From assembly GCA_030390025.1 (NCBI GenBank), contig JASTWF010000155.1:434001-498000 (forward strand): a DNA stretch of 64,000 bases, in the 5' to 3' direction. Position 1 is the stretch's first letter, and each line of letters opens with the position of its first letter. A program made the translations under genes and the position numbers. The DNA is from Squalus acanthias (lineage: Eukaryota). Shown piece by piece: positions 1-11,552 of the stretch. The notes under the pieces are model-generated. The model was not told the origin of the DNA, did not search any database, and was given only the letters and a program-made list of their open reading frames with translations.

Positions 1-1200
1 GCGATCAGAGTATGGTGGCAGGAGTTACTGAGAAATGTTATAGGTACAATAGCATTCAACTGCTTCACTGGTTTATCGTGCTCAAAAAAACACAAAATCC
101 ACAACCTCGAATTGATTTGACATCATCATGTACTGTTCTCGTGGGTCATTCTCGTCATTTAGAAAAGGAACAACATTGGTGCAAAATCAAACCGCGTCAC
201 CATATGAGGCCCAGAGGTTATTGTTGGTGGATTAACAGCCAATGGTTAACACATTCGTGTAACGGAAGTGTTATCCGGATCACAGTAATGGACTTAGGTT
301 TTAGTTAAATCAAATGGGCAAAGGGATGTTGTATCGACAAGCTGCTCATTGATCAGCTTATATTCCAGCAGCAATTACTGAGGGTTGTCTGATTCCTACC
401 CGTTCGGTTTCTTTGTATTTCACCTTTTTCATCTATTATCTTGTATAACCTCACTGAGTCCAAATAGGAGTAATAATTCTCAGTACTTTTTACAAATCAC
501 GCATGCAGTTCTCCTGAACGGTGTAGCTGATTTATAGTTACTGAGGTTTCTAGCAGCCATCCCATGGCATTGGTCACTGTGACAAGGGTGTTATCAACAG
601 AGTGCGATTGGGATCCTTTTACTGGTAGTCGGTTTGACACATGCAGGAAATGCCCGCTATATCCAATATACTACCAGTGAGTCTCATGTGACGTTCCACA
701 GAGGAATCAAGGCCAGTATATTCTTCCAGAAACAGGTTGAAGGGCGGTGAACTGGTGGACCAGGCGACGCAGGCATAATTCAGGCTCCATTTCACGTCAT
801 ATATTCAGTCTTTAATTTGTATAATACAAAATGTTATTATTATTGTTGTTGTTAATATTTGTGGTTAAATTGCAACACAGATGGTACTTTTGGGGCGAGG
901 ACAGTTCATTGGAGCATCCATTATAAATATAGACATAAAAATTTCAAGTAGCAATGATGACACAGCAATTGCAGGAAAACGTCAAATATTTAATTCTTGA
1001 CTCGCTGGTCTTCGTGGTGTTGTGCATAGAGAATGAGACCCGGCGTCCGGCGCCGAGGAGAAACGGCTTCGCGTCAAACTCCGCTTTAATTCGGTAACCA
1101 GCTGAAAACCTGCGAATAGAAACTCGGTTCTCTGCCGGGGTGTTGACGGGACCACAGTGAGCTGCAGGAACTCTTGGTAGTGAAATAGATACCGTCTAAA

Positions 1201-1303
1201 GTTCTGATGAAAGATCATCGACCTGAAACGTTAACTCGGTTTCTCTCTCCACAGATGCAGCCTGACCTGCTGAGTATTTCCAGCATTTTCTGTTTTTATT
1301 ACA
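1201..1303 (+). mobile_element. Penelope-like solo pLTR with minimal hammerhead ribozyme, 7-bp TSD
   Basis: GTCTAAA duplicated at 1194-1200 and 1304-1310; contains CTGATGA-AAGATCATCGACCT-GAAACGTTAAC; homologous to the pLTRs at 33685 and 36887. Confidence 0.85.
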
Positions 1304-1318
1304 GTCTAAATTTACAAT

Positions 1319-2081
1319 GGCCCAATATTTGCACTCGGAGGCTTCCCGCGGGCGCATGCCTCCCACCTGTAAAATATGTACGAATTTCCCTGGTGGCCCG
1401 GGAGATAGGGAGGCTTGCGATCCTGGGCCTCTCCGTGTGCGCGCGGGCAGAGGCCCACCTATCCCAGGGGTGCAGGCGCTTCGCAAGCGCCCCTGGGATC
1501 ACGTGGGCCGGCCCAACCAATGAAAGAAGGGAATCCCCATTCATACTTTTGACAGTTCTATAGGTACGGAACTGTCATAAATATGAATGGGGATCACTGA
1601 AAAAATACACCAACACATGAAATAATTTTTTTTTAAATTACATATTTAAAATTAATTAAAGTGCCATTTAATGAAATATTTTAAAGAAAAATTAAATTTT
1701 TGCAAAAAAAAATGTTTTAACGGGGCTAAAAATAAACTTAGCTGATTGGACTGGGTTTTTAAAGTATAAATGAGTGATAACATTTTATTTTTCTATTTTT
1801 TAAACTCTTATGCTGGTAAAAGCAGGCCTTACGCCTGCTTCTATCAGGCGTAAGAATTTCAATGGCATTCGCTGGGCAGAAGTTGGGCAAATAGCGCAAC
1901 TCTCCGCCCGCGGAGGCACTTTTCCCGGGAATGCGGAGGATCTGTCAAGTGAATTCTTGACAGATCGCAAGTGCCGGGTTAACGCGCATGCGCTTTGTAT
2001 GCCTAAACCCGGAACTTGCACGGCCCCAACAGGGCGCGTGCGCACCTCCTACGCACCCATGGGGGTTGCAAAATACGGCCC
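1319..2081. mobile_element. MITE (family A), non-autonomous TIR element
   Basis: Imperfect 15-bp TIRs GGCCCAATATTTGCA / TGCAAAATACGGCCC, flanks AAT/ATT, GC-rich hairpin ends, AT-rich core; inverted homologue at 19015-19737. Confidence 0.85.
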
Positions 2082-2384
2082 ATTGTTTCCTTCTGTCCTA
2101 CTCACTGTCGGAAGCCGCTGTCTGTCAGAGATTTGCTGACTCAGACCTGGAATAAATGGAAAACAACGTAAAAAAATGAACCATTTTGAAATTCACTGCT
2201 GTTCCCATCTCACCCAAAATCGCGTCCCAGAATTACCTGTAATGAGTGCCCCAAACACAGCGCAGATACTGAACAACCGCATTGCTGCTCCGCCCTGTGT
2301 ATAATAACTCTGTTACCTCTGGAAACTGGCAGGAATTGGAGAGTGAAACAAGCCGCATTGAGGGCCGGTTGTCCCGCTCCAGTA

Positions 2385-3300
2385 TAGAATCATAGAATGG
2401 TTACAGCACGGAATGTGGCCATTCGACCCGTCAAGCCCGTGCCGGTTCTCTGCAAGAGCACTTCAGCTAGTCCCACTCCCCCCCTTTTCCCCATAGCCCT
2501 GCATTTTTTATTCCTTCAGGTACTTAGCCAACTCCCTTTTGAAAGCAATGATTGAGTCTGCCTACACCACCCTTTTAGGCATTGCATTCCAGATCCTAAC
2601 CACTCGCTGAGTAAAAAAGTTTTTCCTCACGTCGCCTTTGGTTCTTCTGCCAATTCACCTTAAATCTGCGCCCTCTGGTTCTCGACCCTTCTGCCAATTG
2701 GAACAGTTTATCTCTCTCTGCTCTGTCCAGACCCCTCATGATTTTAGAACACCGCTATCAAATCTCCTCTTAATCTTCTCTGCTCCAAGGAAAACAGCCC
2801 CAGCTTCTCCAGTCTATCCAGTCTACTGTGTACAGTATTGGTCTCCCTATCTAAGGAAGGACGCAAATGCATCGGAAGCAGTCCAGAGAAGGTCCACCAG
2901 ACCAACACCCGGAATGGGCGGGCTGTCCCACGAGGAAAGGCTGGACAGGCTAGGCCTGTATCCGCCGGAGCCCGGAAGAGTAAGAGGTGACCCGACCGAA
3001 ACACACAAGATCCTGAGGGGTCTGAACAGGGTGGATGTGGAGAGGATAGTTCCTCCTGTAGGAGAATCCAGAACTGGGGTCACTGTTTAAAAATAAGGGG
3101 TCGCCCATTTAAGACAGAGATGAGGAGAAACCTTTTCTCAGAGGGTCGTGAGTCTTTGGAACTCTCTTCCTCAGAGGGCGGTGGAAGCAGAGCCTTTGAG
3201 TATCTTCAAGGCAGAGGTAGATAGACTCTTGATAAGCAAGGGGGTGAAAGGTCATCGGGGGTAGGCGGGAATGTGGAGTAATCAGATCAGCCATGATCCC
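2385..3300. mobile_element. Two CR1 LINE 3' fragments (2385-2820 minus, 2821-3300 plus)
   Basis: CR1 ORF2 C-terminal motifs (LGLFSLEQRRLRGDLI; WSPYLRKD) and ATAGAATC tail repeats. Confidence 0.8.
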
Positions 3301-3369
3301 ACTCGCGGACACGCCGTAATGTTCGGTATTCGGGGTAAAGCACGGCCGGCAGTCTCCTGCAATGACCAC

Positions 3370-4068
3370 GTAAATATTCCAAGCGCACAAACCTCATCCA
3401 CTCAAAGTCCAGACAGGACAAGGATTTTATTTAGAAGGAACGAGCGAATCGTTCTAAGGCATCAGTTTATAATATCGTAGTGCGCTCGGTGTGTGGGAAC
3501 TTGCTGAAATCGCTAACACTGCTCCAAAATATGACCTGTAGTACCAGTTTATTTAGGATTTGAACATTAAAGTTCACTAATTTCTTCTGTATAAAACGTC
3601 CTGTCATTGAATGTAGCAGAAAGTAGTAACTGGGACGAAGTGTTTTTGTAAATATTGAACCTTTGGTTCTCGGTGTTAGGTCCTAGCGAGCCACCAGGAT
3701 AAATTTTACAAAAAATAAACAAGGGCTATTTAAATAACCGGGTTTCCCCTGTGGATAATTCTGTTACATTTCCAGTTTACTACCTGCTCATCAGAACGAC
3801 TTTTTGTATCTCACTCCCTCTCTGTGGCATTTACCCGAAAAAAAAATGTAATGAATGAACCGCCCACTTTGCCACTTTCAACATGATAATGTTTCTCTGA
3901 GCAACTCAACAGCGTCAACATGTGTTTAACCGTTGAGGTTATGTTGCAACCACATCGTGCGTTCGAGCTTCTTACTGCTGCTGTAACCTGGGGTGAGAGT
4001 TCCGGTCTAATGTATGTCAGCTCGATACAGGTGCACTTCCGGTTCCAACGGCATCTTCTGACCTCCAA
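3370..4068 (-). pseudogene. Possible decayed TCR constant-region gene (C1-like exon, small hinge-like exon, CP/TM-like exon)
   Basis: Strong acceptor at 4069 giving phase-1 xGGQKMPLEPEVHLYR; ag|38 bp|gt mini-exon 3821-3784 (xRE*DTKSRSDEQ); phase-1 exon from 3535 GHILEQC*RFQQVPTHRAHYDIIN*CLRTIRSFLLNKILVLSGL with Cys and R..K in a hydrophobic stretch. Many stops; pattern match by eye only. Confidence 0.35.
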
Positions 4069-4260
4069 CTGACTGGAGACAGAAATGAAGTTGAATAGAG
4101 ATCAGAACAATTCGAGGATGAAGCTGATGGTGACGGTGATCCAGAATCTGCACTACACTGGTGACGACACATTTCAAGCACTGAATCCTTTTTTAGTGAC
4201 CTAATTATAAAGAGAATATTGAAGCCGTGGAAAAATTATCAAGTAGTTTCATTAAGATCG

Positions 4261-4432
4261 ATACAGAAGATGCTAGAAATACTCAGCGGGTCAGGCAGCA
4301 TCTGTGGAGAGAGAAACAGAGTTAATGTTTCAGGTCAATGAAAGGTCAGATGCTGCCTGACCTGCTGAGTATTTCCAGCACTTTCTGTTTTTAATTCAGA
4401 TTCCAGCATCCGCGGTATTTTGCTTTTATTTT
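4261..4432. mobile_element. Fold-back pair of Penelope pLTR fragments
   Basis: ATACTCAGCGGGTCAGGCAGCATCT followed by its inverted copy AGATGCTGCCTGACCTGCTGAGTAT; same pLTR family as 33685. Confidence 0.7.
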
Positions 4433-5372
4433 CATTAAGTCGAACCAGGCTATGGGATCGAGGTCTGATGGGAAATATGAAAAGCTGGGGCTGCCTTTAC
4501 CGGAACACAGATAGTCAAATCTAGTGTTCGATATTAAGAAAAACTATTAGAAGGTAAATAGTGAAACCTATCACGAGGGAAGACCTGATAGAAATCTTTA
4601 AGTTTGTAGCCATTGTGGAGAATTTGGATCCAGGAAACCTCTTGTGTGTGTCGCAGGGTTAGATGACTAGGAGACAAGGGTTAATGTTAAGGGTGTTGAA
4701 TGAATGTGCAAAAGTTTAATAACATTGTTTAATAAAAGGAACTTATTGTGGACATGTTGCAAGCGGTGGTGGTGGGGGATGAACAGAAAGCCATGATAAT
4801 GTTTATAGAAAGGGGAAGAACGCATGTCACTAAAGGAGATACAGGGCTGCTAGAGCTAGAGTCACTATAGGGAAGTTCAGTAGACATTTATGATGCAAGG
4901 GTAAATAGAGCAATGGTCTTCTCTTAACCAAAACATTACTGTACATAACTGAACCTCTTGGGTGATCGGTAACAAGGGAGCATAGCAGGAGGCTCAGTGT
5001 CGGAAGTATGAAGGTGAGGGACAATATAATCTCAGGTGAAATCTTCTTAGAACGTGAAATAAATGTTCACAAGTGATTATAGAGGGCGAGTCAACCACAA
5101 CGTTAAGGCTGAACTAAAAGAGACACAAGAGAAAATATTAAAGGACAGAGAGAACTGGGACGGGAGTAAATAATTCCAGTTTACAGTTTGCAGTGGCTCC
5201 GACGGCTTGGGTCGAAAAGTATTTTTCTGTGTTTACTTTGCGGAGATTTATTTGATTTACTACAGCTAAAAATGCTTAAAGGGCATGTCAAGGTGTCATA
5301 GTCTCAGAATAAGGGATTGGCCATTTAGGACTGAGATGTGTAGAAATGTCTTCACCGAAAGGATTGTGAATA

Positions 5373-6290
5373 CATAAGAACACAAGAACATAAGGAATAA
5401 GAGCAGGAGTAGGCCCTATGGACCTTCGAGCCTGCTCCGCCATTCAATAAGATCATGGTTGATCATCGACCTCAACTCCACTTTCCCGTCCAATCTCCAT
5501 ATCCCTTGATTCCCCTAGAGTACAAAAATCTATCTATCTCAGCCTTAAATATACTCAAAGACTGAGCATCCACAGCCCTCTGGAGCAGAAAATTCCAAAG
5601 ATTCACAATTCCTCCTCATCTCATTCTTCAATGGCCGACCCCTTATCCTGCGCCTGTGCCCCCTAGTTCTAGACACTCCAGCCAGGGGAAACAACCAATC
5701 AGCAGCTACCCTGTCAATCCCCTTCAGAATCTTGTATGTTTCAATGAGGTCACCTCTCATTATTCTAAACTCCAGAGAGTATAGGCCCATGCTACACAAT
5801 CTCTCATCATAGGACAAACTTCTCATCCCAGGAATCAATTTAGTGAACCTTCGTTGCACCGCCTCTGAGGCAAGTATATCCTTCCTTAGATAAAGAGACC
5901 AAAACTGTGCACAGTACTCCAGGTGTGGTCTCATCAAGGCCCTGTACAATTGTAGCAAGACTTCCTTACTCTTATACTCCAACCCCCTTGCAATAAAGGC
6001 CAATATGCCATTAGCATTCCTCTTTGCTTGCTGTACCTGTATGCTAACTCTCTGTGTTTTTTTGCACGAGGACACACACATCTCTCTGACCACCAACATT
6101 TGAAAGTTTCTCACTATTTAAAAAATATTGTTTTTCTATTCTTCCTACCACAGTGAATAACCTCACATTTTCCTACATTATACTCTATCTGCCACCTTGC
6201 TGCCCACTCACTTATTCTGCCTATATGCCTTTGCAGACTCTTTGTGTTCTCCTCACAGCATACTGTTCCACCTAGCTTTGTATCATCAGG
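5373..6290 (-). mobile_element. CR1 LINE 3' fragment
   Basis: ORF 5545-6114 (RPHLEYCAQFW..RRFTKLIPGM..RGDLIETYKIL) and (ATAAGAAC)n tail. Confidence 0.88.
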
Positions 6291-7724
6291 AGAATGCAGA
6301 TAATCTTTGGGATCCTGTACCCCAGAGCGCTGTGGATGCTAACTATTTTCAAGACACAGATCGATTCATTTTTGGATAATAATAGAACCAAGGGATATGG
6401 TCAAATTTTGGGAAGGTGGAGTTAAGGCAGAAGTTCAGCCATGATTTTATTGAATGGCGGAGCAGGCTAGGAGGGCCGAATGGCGTCCTCCTGCTCCTAT
6501 TTATTATGTTCATGTGTTCTTATAATATTGCGCTCACAAGTATCATATTCTTCAAACAGAACGAAGGAACTTAACATGCTGCACAAAGTGTACGGGCCGT
6601 TTTAAGCTACGAAGGTTTTGGGTGACAATTACTCACATTTAACAGTAGATCACTCAAGTGCAACTGGGAAAAGGACCATCGGAAGGGGAGCAGGCCGTTC
6701 AGACCCACGAGCCTCTTCCGCCATTCAGTTAGATCATGGCGGATCTGTATCTGAAATCCATTTATTCGTCTTGATTCAACATCCTTGCCTAACAAAAATC
6801 TATCAATCTGTTTTGAAATTTTCAATTGAACCCCAGCCTCAACAGCTTTTTTTCAGGAGAGAGTTCCAGTCTTTGAATCATTGAATCATGCAGCACAGAA
6901 GGAGGCCATTCGGCCCATCGTGCCCGTGTCGCCTCATTGAACGAGTTATCCAATTATTCCCACCCGCTGTTTATTCCCCACAGACCTGAAAATGCTTTTT
7001 TTTAAAGAATATATCCAGCTTTCTTGAAAGTTACTATTGAACTTGCTCCCACCAGCCTTTCAGGCAGTGCATTCCAGATCATGACATCACACTGATTAAA
7101 ATAATCTCTCCCATCTCCCCTCTGCCTTTTTGGCATTTTTCGTAAGTTCTACTACCTGAAAAAAAGTTTTTTCACGTAATTTTTTTCAGAAAGAGACAGA
7201 CACGGAGGAGGGTGTGGTTTTGTGCTTGAGAAACTGAACTCAGTTTTGTGTTCAGAAGCCTTGAGAAGGCTTGTAATGCAAGACATCAGAAATGTCGCAA
7301 AAAGTAGGACAGGAAAGGAGCTGAATAAGGAATTGGCGTTTGGGTGGCCTCAGACTCGCGGTTTAATATCCTGCAATTTGTATGAGGAAGGGAAACTGTG
7401 ATGATAAGGAGCTCATGGGTCTGCGGATCTGGGGGGCAAATTGGCTCCAAAGTGAAAAGGAAATTGTAATCTATGTGTGACGTTCAGACATTTAAATAAG
7501 CACATGTCACACATAGATCAGCTTTAGTCAGAAAGGACAAAGAACATGTGTTCAGCTCCTTGAGCCCAGGGTTAGCAAAGTCTAAATCTTTCTTTCTTTT
7601 TTTCTTTCTTTCTTTTTTTCTTTCTTCCTTCTTTTCTTTCATCCTCAGTAATTCTTTAATACGTACTGTGCAGCGAAAGGTTACATTCAAATGTTGCGGC
7701 CTAGCTGTATCTCGATACCTGCTG

Positions 7725-7763
7725 TGTTATTGTGCAGACTCTCCCTGTGACTATTACAGTGTG
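7725..7763 (-). other. 23-bp spacer recombination signal sequence (RSS)
   Basis: Minus strand CACACTG (7763-7757) + exactly 23 nt + ACAATAACA (7733-7725); consensus CACAGTG/ACAAAAACC; directly abuts the V exon. Confidence 0.92.
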
Positions 7764-8197
7764 TGTTCCTGCGCACACTGGTAAACCGCAGTGTCTCCGA
7801 CTTTTACACCTGTGATTACCAGTTTCATTTGCCGCTTTACACGATGGATGTTAATTGTGAATCTGCCTGCCGTGTATTCGCTATCAAACGCTGCGATGAG
7901 CCACACTGGCATTTGCCGTGCTCGCTGTACGAACCAATGCATGTACGTGGTTGTGACCTCTTCATAGTTACACTGCATCGTTACATTTGCTCCTTCATCA
8001 ACCGCTAACGACAGAGGGGACGGTTTTATAGCAGCTTCACACGCCAGACCTGTGAGACAAATGAACAAAGTCAATGATCATTCCAAGTCTACGATTGGAT
8101 TTTCTTTCTGAATTTACGACAAGCTCTGTATGGAAAACTTACACCATGTAAAACTGAAAAACAGCAAAAGTCGGCGTGCTGTCAATGTTCTATTCAT
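7764..8197 (-). CDS. T-cell receptor alpha/delta-like V gene segment, apparently intact (leader exon 8197-8143, intron 8142-8050, V exon 8049-7764)
   Basis: Leader ATG..ACATGGT|gtaagt (55 bp, phase 1, MNRTLTARRLLLFFSFTW), acceptor ttgtctcacag|GT; V exon CLACEAAIKPSPLSLAVDEGANVTMQCNY..MHWFVQ..GRFTINI..DTAVYQCAQE has both Ig-V cysteines, the Trp and a DxAxYxC motif, followed directly by an RSS. Confidence 0.9.
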
Positions 8198-8284
8198 ATC
8201 TCAGAATAAACTGAACACAATAGTGAAATAAAAGCTGAAACTGTGTAACATTACAGCGCTGAACCAGCGGGCAATCGATCACAG

Positions 8285-8372
8285 TTGCCAATGGCCTTAT
8301 GCCTCGTTTCCAACTTCAGAATGCAAATTTAACATGCAAATATCTTGCCTGCTGCTGACACGTCACTGGTGA
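8285..8372 (-). promoter_or_regulatory. V-gene promoter: two perfect octamers, CCAAT and CRE-like motif
   Basis: ATGCAAAT at 8321-8328 and 8334-8341 (ATTTGCAT on the gene strand), about 125-145 bp upstream of the leader ATG; CCAAT at ~8288; AGTGACGTGT (minus) at ~8358-8367. Confidence 0.6.
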
Positions 8373-9360
8373 CCTTGGGAATGACCCCTCAGGAGTCAGC
8401 GGCGCAGCATGAAGGGTTTCCACCTTCCCCATGATAACACATTTATAAAATGGCTCCGGAAGAACTAATTGGGGATTAACTGGAAAGGCGATCCTATGAA
8501 ATCCAGCAGCTGTGCTGGAGACCGTGGGCCGTTTTAGGCTCTACACTATAGCAATGGTGCTGAGGTCATAGAGAGGGTACGACGCAGATTCACTGGGATG
8601 GTGCCTGGTGTGTGGAAATACAGGGAGGCAGAAACACTTGAAAATTGGGGCTGTCTTTATGAGCAGGATAAACTGTTTTACACAGAGGGTTGTGAGGCTG
8701 CGGAATGTACTACCAGAGTCAGTGATTGAAGCAGAGGCCATGTCAGCACTGAAGAAGAGGTTAGATTGGTGGTGGAATGACAGGGGATGAAGGGAGATGG
8801 GAACAGGGCGGGGCTGTGAGATTAGAACTGCTGCTCATGTGGAGGATCAACACCAACACCGACTGGTTGGGCCCAACAGCCTCTTTCAATGCGGCAATTT
8901 CTATGGAAATTCTCGGATGTCGACAATGCATCAGCTGAGAAATGGCACTCTGATATTGGGGCACAAAGCATTAAAATTCAATAGGGAATTATTGTCTCCT
9001 TTATTGGCAGGAAGGAGCGAATCCAGTTCATCTTAAACTAGATTGAATTGGAATTGGGCAAGCTGGAATGTCACAGGAATGCGTTGAATGTTGGTGGGTT
9101 AATATCGCACACGGTGATTTCCGGGTTACAATAATTTCACCATTGTACTACCGGTAGTTTACAATGCAGATCAAGATGCATTATTGATAGTCCACGATAC
9201 TATATCAATATTGTATTGTGTGAATAATTGACACATGTGTATTGTTCAACTACCGACATTGCAAGCAGCGCAGTGAAAAGACACTAATGCACAGAATGAG
9301 AATTCTGCTGATCGGCTGAGATTGGGTGTTGATTCTGAAAGCTCTGCATTATTTCACAAT

Positions 9361-11485
9361 ATGAGAAGTCGCACAACACCAGGTAATAGTCCAACAGATT
9401 TATTTAATTTTACAAGCTTTCGGAGCTGTCGCTCCTTCCTCAGGTAAGTTAGCAGTGAGAGAATCTCCCAGAATTCACAATTTAAACACAGACAAAATCT
9501 ATTCAAATCTTTCCCTACATCAAAGACACACTAAGAGCACAGCCAAGACAATGAGATGTGTCCCAGGGGTTCCAACGTGTCAAACCACCTGCTGGCTGCA
9601 TATCCTGTCAATTTGTGTTGGTTCTTGTGTTAGTCTTTTTAAAAAAAAACACCTGGGAAGACCGGCCATGATGTCAAGTCACGTTCTGTATCGTGACATG
9701 AATCCGATATCGCGATTGAGGCCATCCTCATGAGTGCGGAACTTGGCTATCAGTTTCTGCTCTATGATTTTGCGCTGTCGTGTATCCCGAAGGCCGCCTT
9801 GGAGAACGCTTACCCGCAGATCCGAGGCTGAATGCCCCTGGCTGCTGAAGTGTTCCCCGACTGGAAGACAACCCTCCTGCCTGGCGATTGTTGCGCGGTG
9901 TCCGTTCATACGTTGTCTCAGTGTCTGCATGGTCTCGCCGATGTACCATGCTCTGGAGCATTCTTTACTGCAACGTATCAGGTAGACAACGTTGGCCGAG
10001 TCACATGAGTATGTACCGTGTACCTGGTGGGTAGTGTCCTCACGTGTGATGATGGTATCTGTGTCCATGATTTGGCATGTCTTTCAGAGGTTGCCGTGGC
10101 AGGGTTGTGTGGTGTCTTGGTTGCTGTTCTCCTGAAAGATGGGTAATCTGCTGCGAACGATGGTACTTTTGAGGTTAGGCGGCTGCTTGAAGGCGAGTAG
10201 TGGAGGCGTGGGGATGGCCTTAGCAAGGTGTTCGTCGTCATCGATGACATGTTGAAGGCTGCGAAGAACATGGCGTAGTTTTTCCGCTCCGGGGAAGTAC
10301 TGGACGACGTAGGGTACTCTGTTGGTTGTCTCCCGTGTTCGTCTTCTGAGGAGGTCTATGCGGTTTTTCGCTGTGGCCCGTCGGAACTGTCAATTGACGA
10401 GTCGAGCGTCATATCCCGTTCTTACGAGGGCGTCTTTCAGTGCCCGTAGGTGTCCATCGCGTTCCTCCTCGTCTGAACAGATCCTGTGTATTCGCAGGGC
10501 TTGTCCATAGGGGATGGCTTCTTTAACGTGGTTAGGGTGGAAGCTGGAGAAGTGGAGCATCGTGAGGTTATCCGTGGGCTTGCGGTAGAGTGAAGTGCTG
10601 AGGCGTCCGTCTTTGATGGAGATTCGTGTGTCCAAGAATGAAACCGATTCTGAGGAGTAGTCCATGGTGAGTTTGATGGTGGGATGGAACCTGTTGATGC
10701 TATCGTGTAGTCCTTTCAGTGATCCTTCGCCGTGGGTCCAAAGGAAGAAGATGTCGTCGATGTATCTGATGTACAGCGTTGGTTGGAGGTCCTGTGCAGC
10801 GAAGAAGTCTTGCTCGAACTTGTGCATGAAGATGTTGGCGTATTGGGGTGCGAATTTGGTCCCCATGGCTATTCCGTGTGTTTGGGTAAAAAAATGGTTG
10901 TCGACATTGTGGTCAAGGATGAAGCGGATGAGTTGTAGGATGGCGTCCGGAGATTGGCTGTTGTTGGTGTTGAGTACTGAGGCTGTCGCAGCGATGCCGT
11001 CATTGTGGGGGATATTGGTGTAGAGTGCCGATACGTCCATCGTGACGAGGAGTGTTCCTGGTTCAACTGGTCCATGGGTGCTGAGTTTCTGCAAGAAGTC
11101 TGTAGTGTCCCGACAGAAGCTGGGGGTTCCCTGTACGATGGGTTTCAGGATGCCCTCGACGTACCCAGAGAGGTTCTCACACAGGGTTCCGTTGCCTGAT
11201 ACGATAGGACGTCCGGGTGTGTTGGCTTTGTGTATCTTTGGGAGGCAGTAAAAGTCTCCTATGCGGGGAGTACGTTTGACACGTTGGACCCCCTGGGACA
11301 CATCTCATTGTCTTGGCTGTGCTCTTAGTGTGTCTTTGATGTAGGGAAAGATTTGAATAGATTTTGTCTGTGTTTAAATTGTGAATTCTGGGAGATTCTC
11401 TCACTGCTAACTTACCTGAGGATAGAGCGACAGCTCCGAAAGCTTGTAAAATTAAATAAATCTGTTGGACTATAACCTGGTGTTG
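9361..11485 (-). mobile_element. Penelope-like element (RT + GIY-YIG), 5'-truncated with inverted pLTR; terminal pLTR continues at 18612-18716
   Basis: RT ORF 10390-11301 (LPKIHK, MDVSALYTNIPH, RYIDD), GIY-YIG 9679-10068 (NVVYLIRC..YIGET); pLTR 9361-9585 inverted at 11274-11485; 14-bp TSD CATTATTTCACAAT at 9347-9360 and 18717-18730. Confidence 0.92.
11410..11450 (+). ncRNA. Minimal hammerhead ribozyme motif in Penelope pLTR (inverted copy at ~9410-9450)
   Basis: CTGAGGA-(T/A)GGAGC GACA GCTCC-GAAA followed by palindromic AAGCTT; matches the minimal type I hammerheads known from Penelope pLTRs. Confidence 0.7.
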
Positions 11486-11552
11486 CTCTTTTTGGTTTGT
11501 CAAATCAAAATTTACTGAAAATCAATTAAAACTTTAAATGAAACTTAACAAA

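Larger units (their letters stand above)
1020..2282 (-). pseudogene. TCR alpha/delta-like V pseudogene disrupted by MITE and Penelope solo pLTR
   Basis: Leader 2282-2237 (MRLFSICAVFGALIT G|gtaatt, 46 bp, phase 1); acceptor ttattccag| at ~2146; removing inserts gives GLSQQISDRQRLPTVSRTEGN-VNLDGIYFTTKSSCSSLWSRQHPGREP/EFLF..LTRSRFSS. First Cys is GGT, frameshift after PGREP, no recognisable RSS. Confidence 0.82.

Noticed and set aside
1-900. 98-aa Cys/Trp-rich ORF, possible viral envelope relic
   Set aside because: No recognisable motif, frames quickly closed; cannot be supported without a search.
3799-3826. 12-RSS-like motif CACAGAG-12-ACAAAAAGT on the minus strand
   Set aside because: No V, D partner RSS or FGxG J next to it; overlaps the putative mini-exon; may be chance, though RIC scoring would be cheap.
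6630-7440. Candidate J segments between the V and the putative C (donors at ~6636 and ~7155, weak RSS at ~7373-7400)
   Set aside because: No FGxG/WGxG motif and no acceptable nonamer.
9290-9360. Hydrophobic plus-strand stretch (RILLIG*DWVLILKALHYF, continuing after 18730) resembling a TCR TM exon
   Set aside because: Opposite strand to the V genes, wrong splice phase, no associated C exon.
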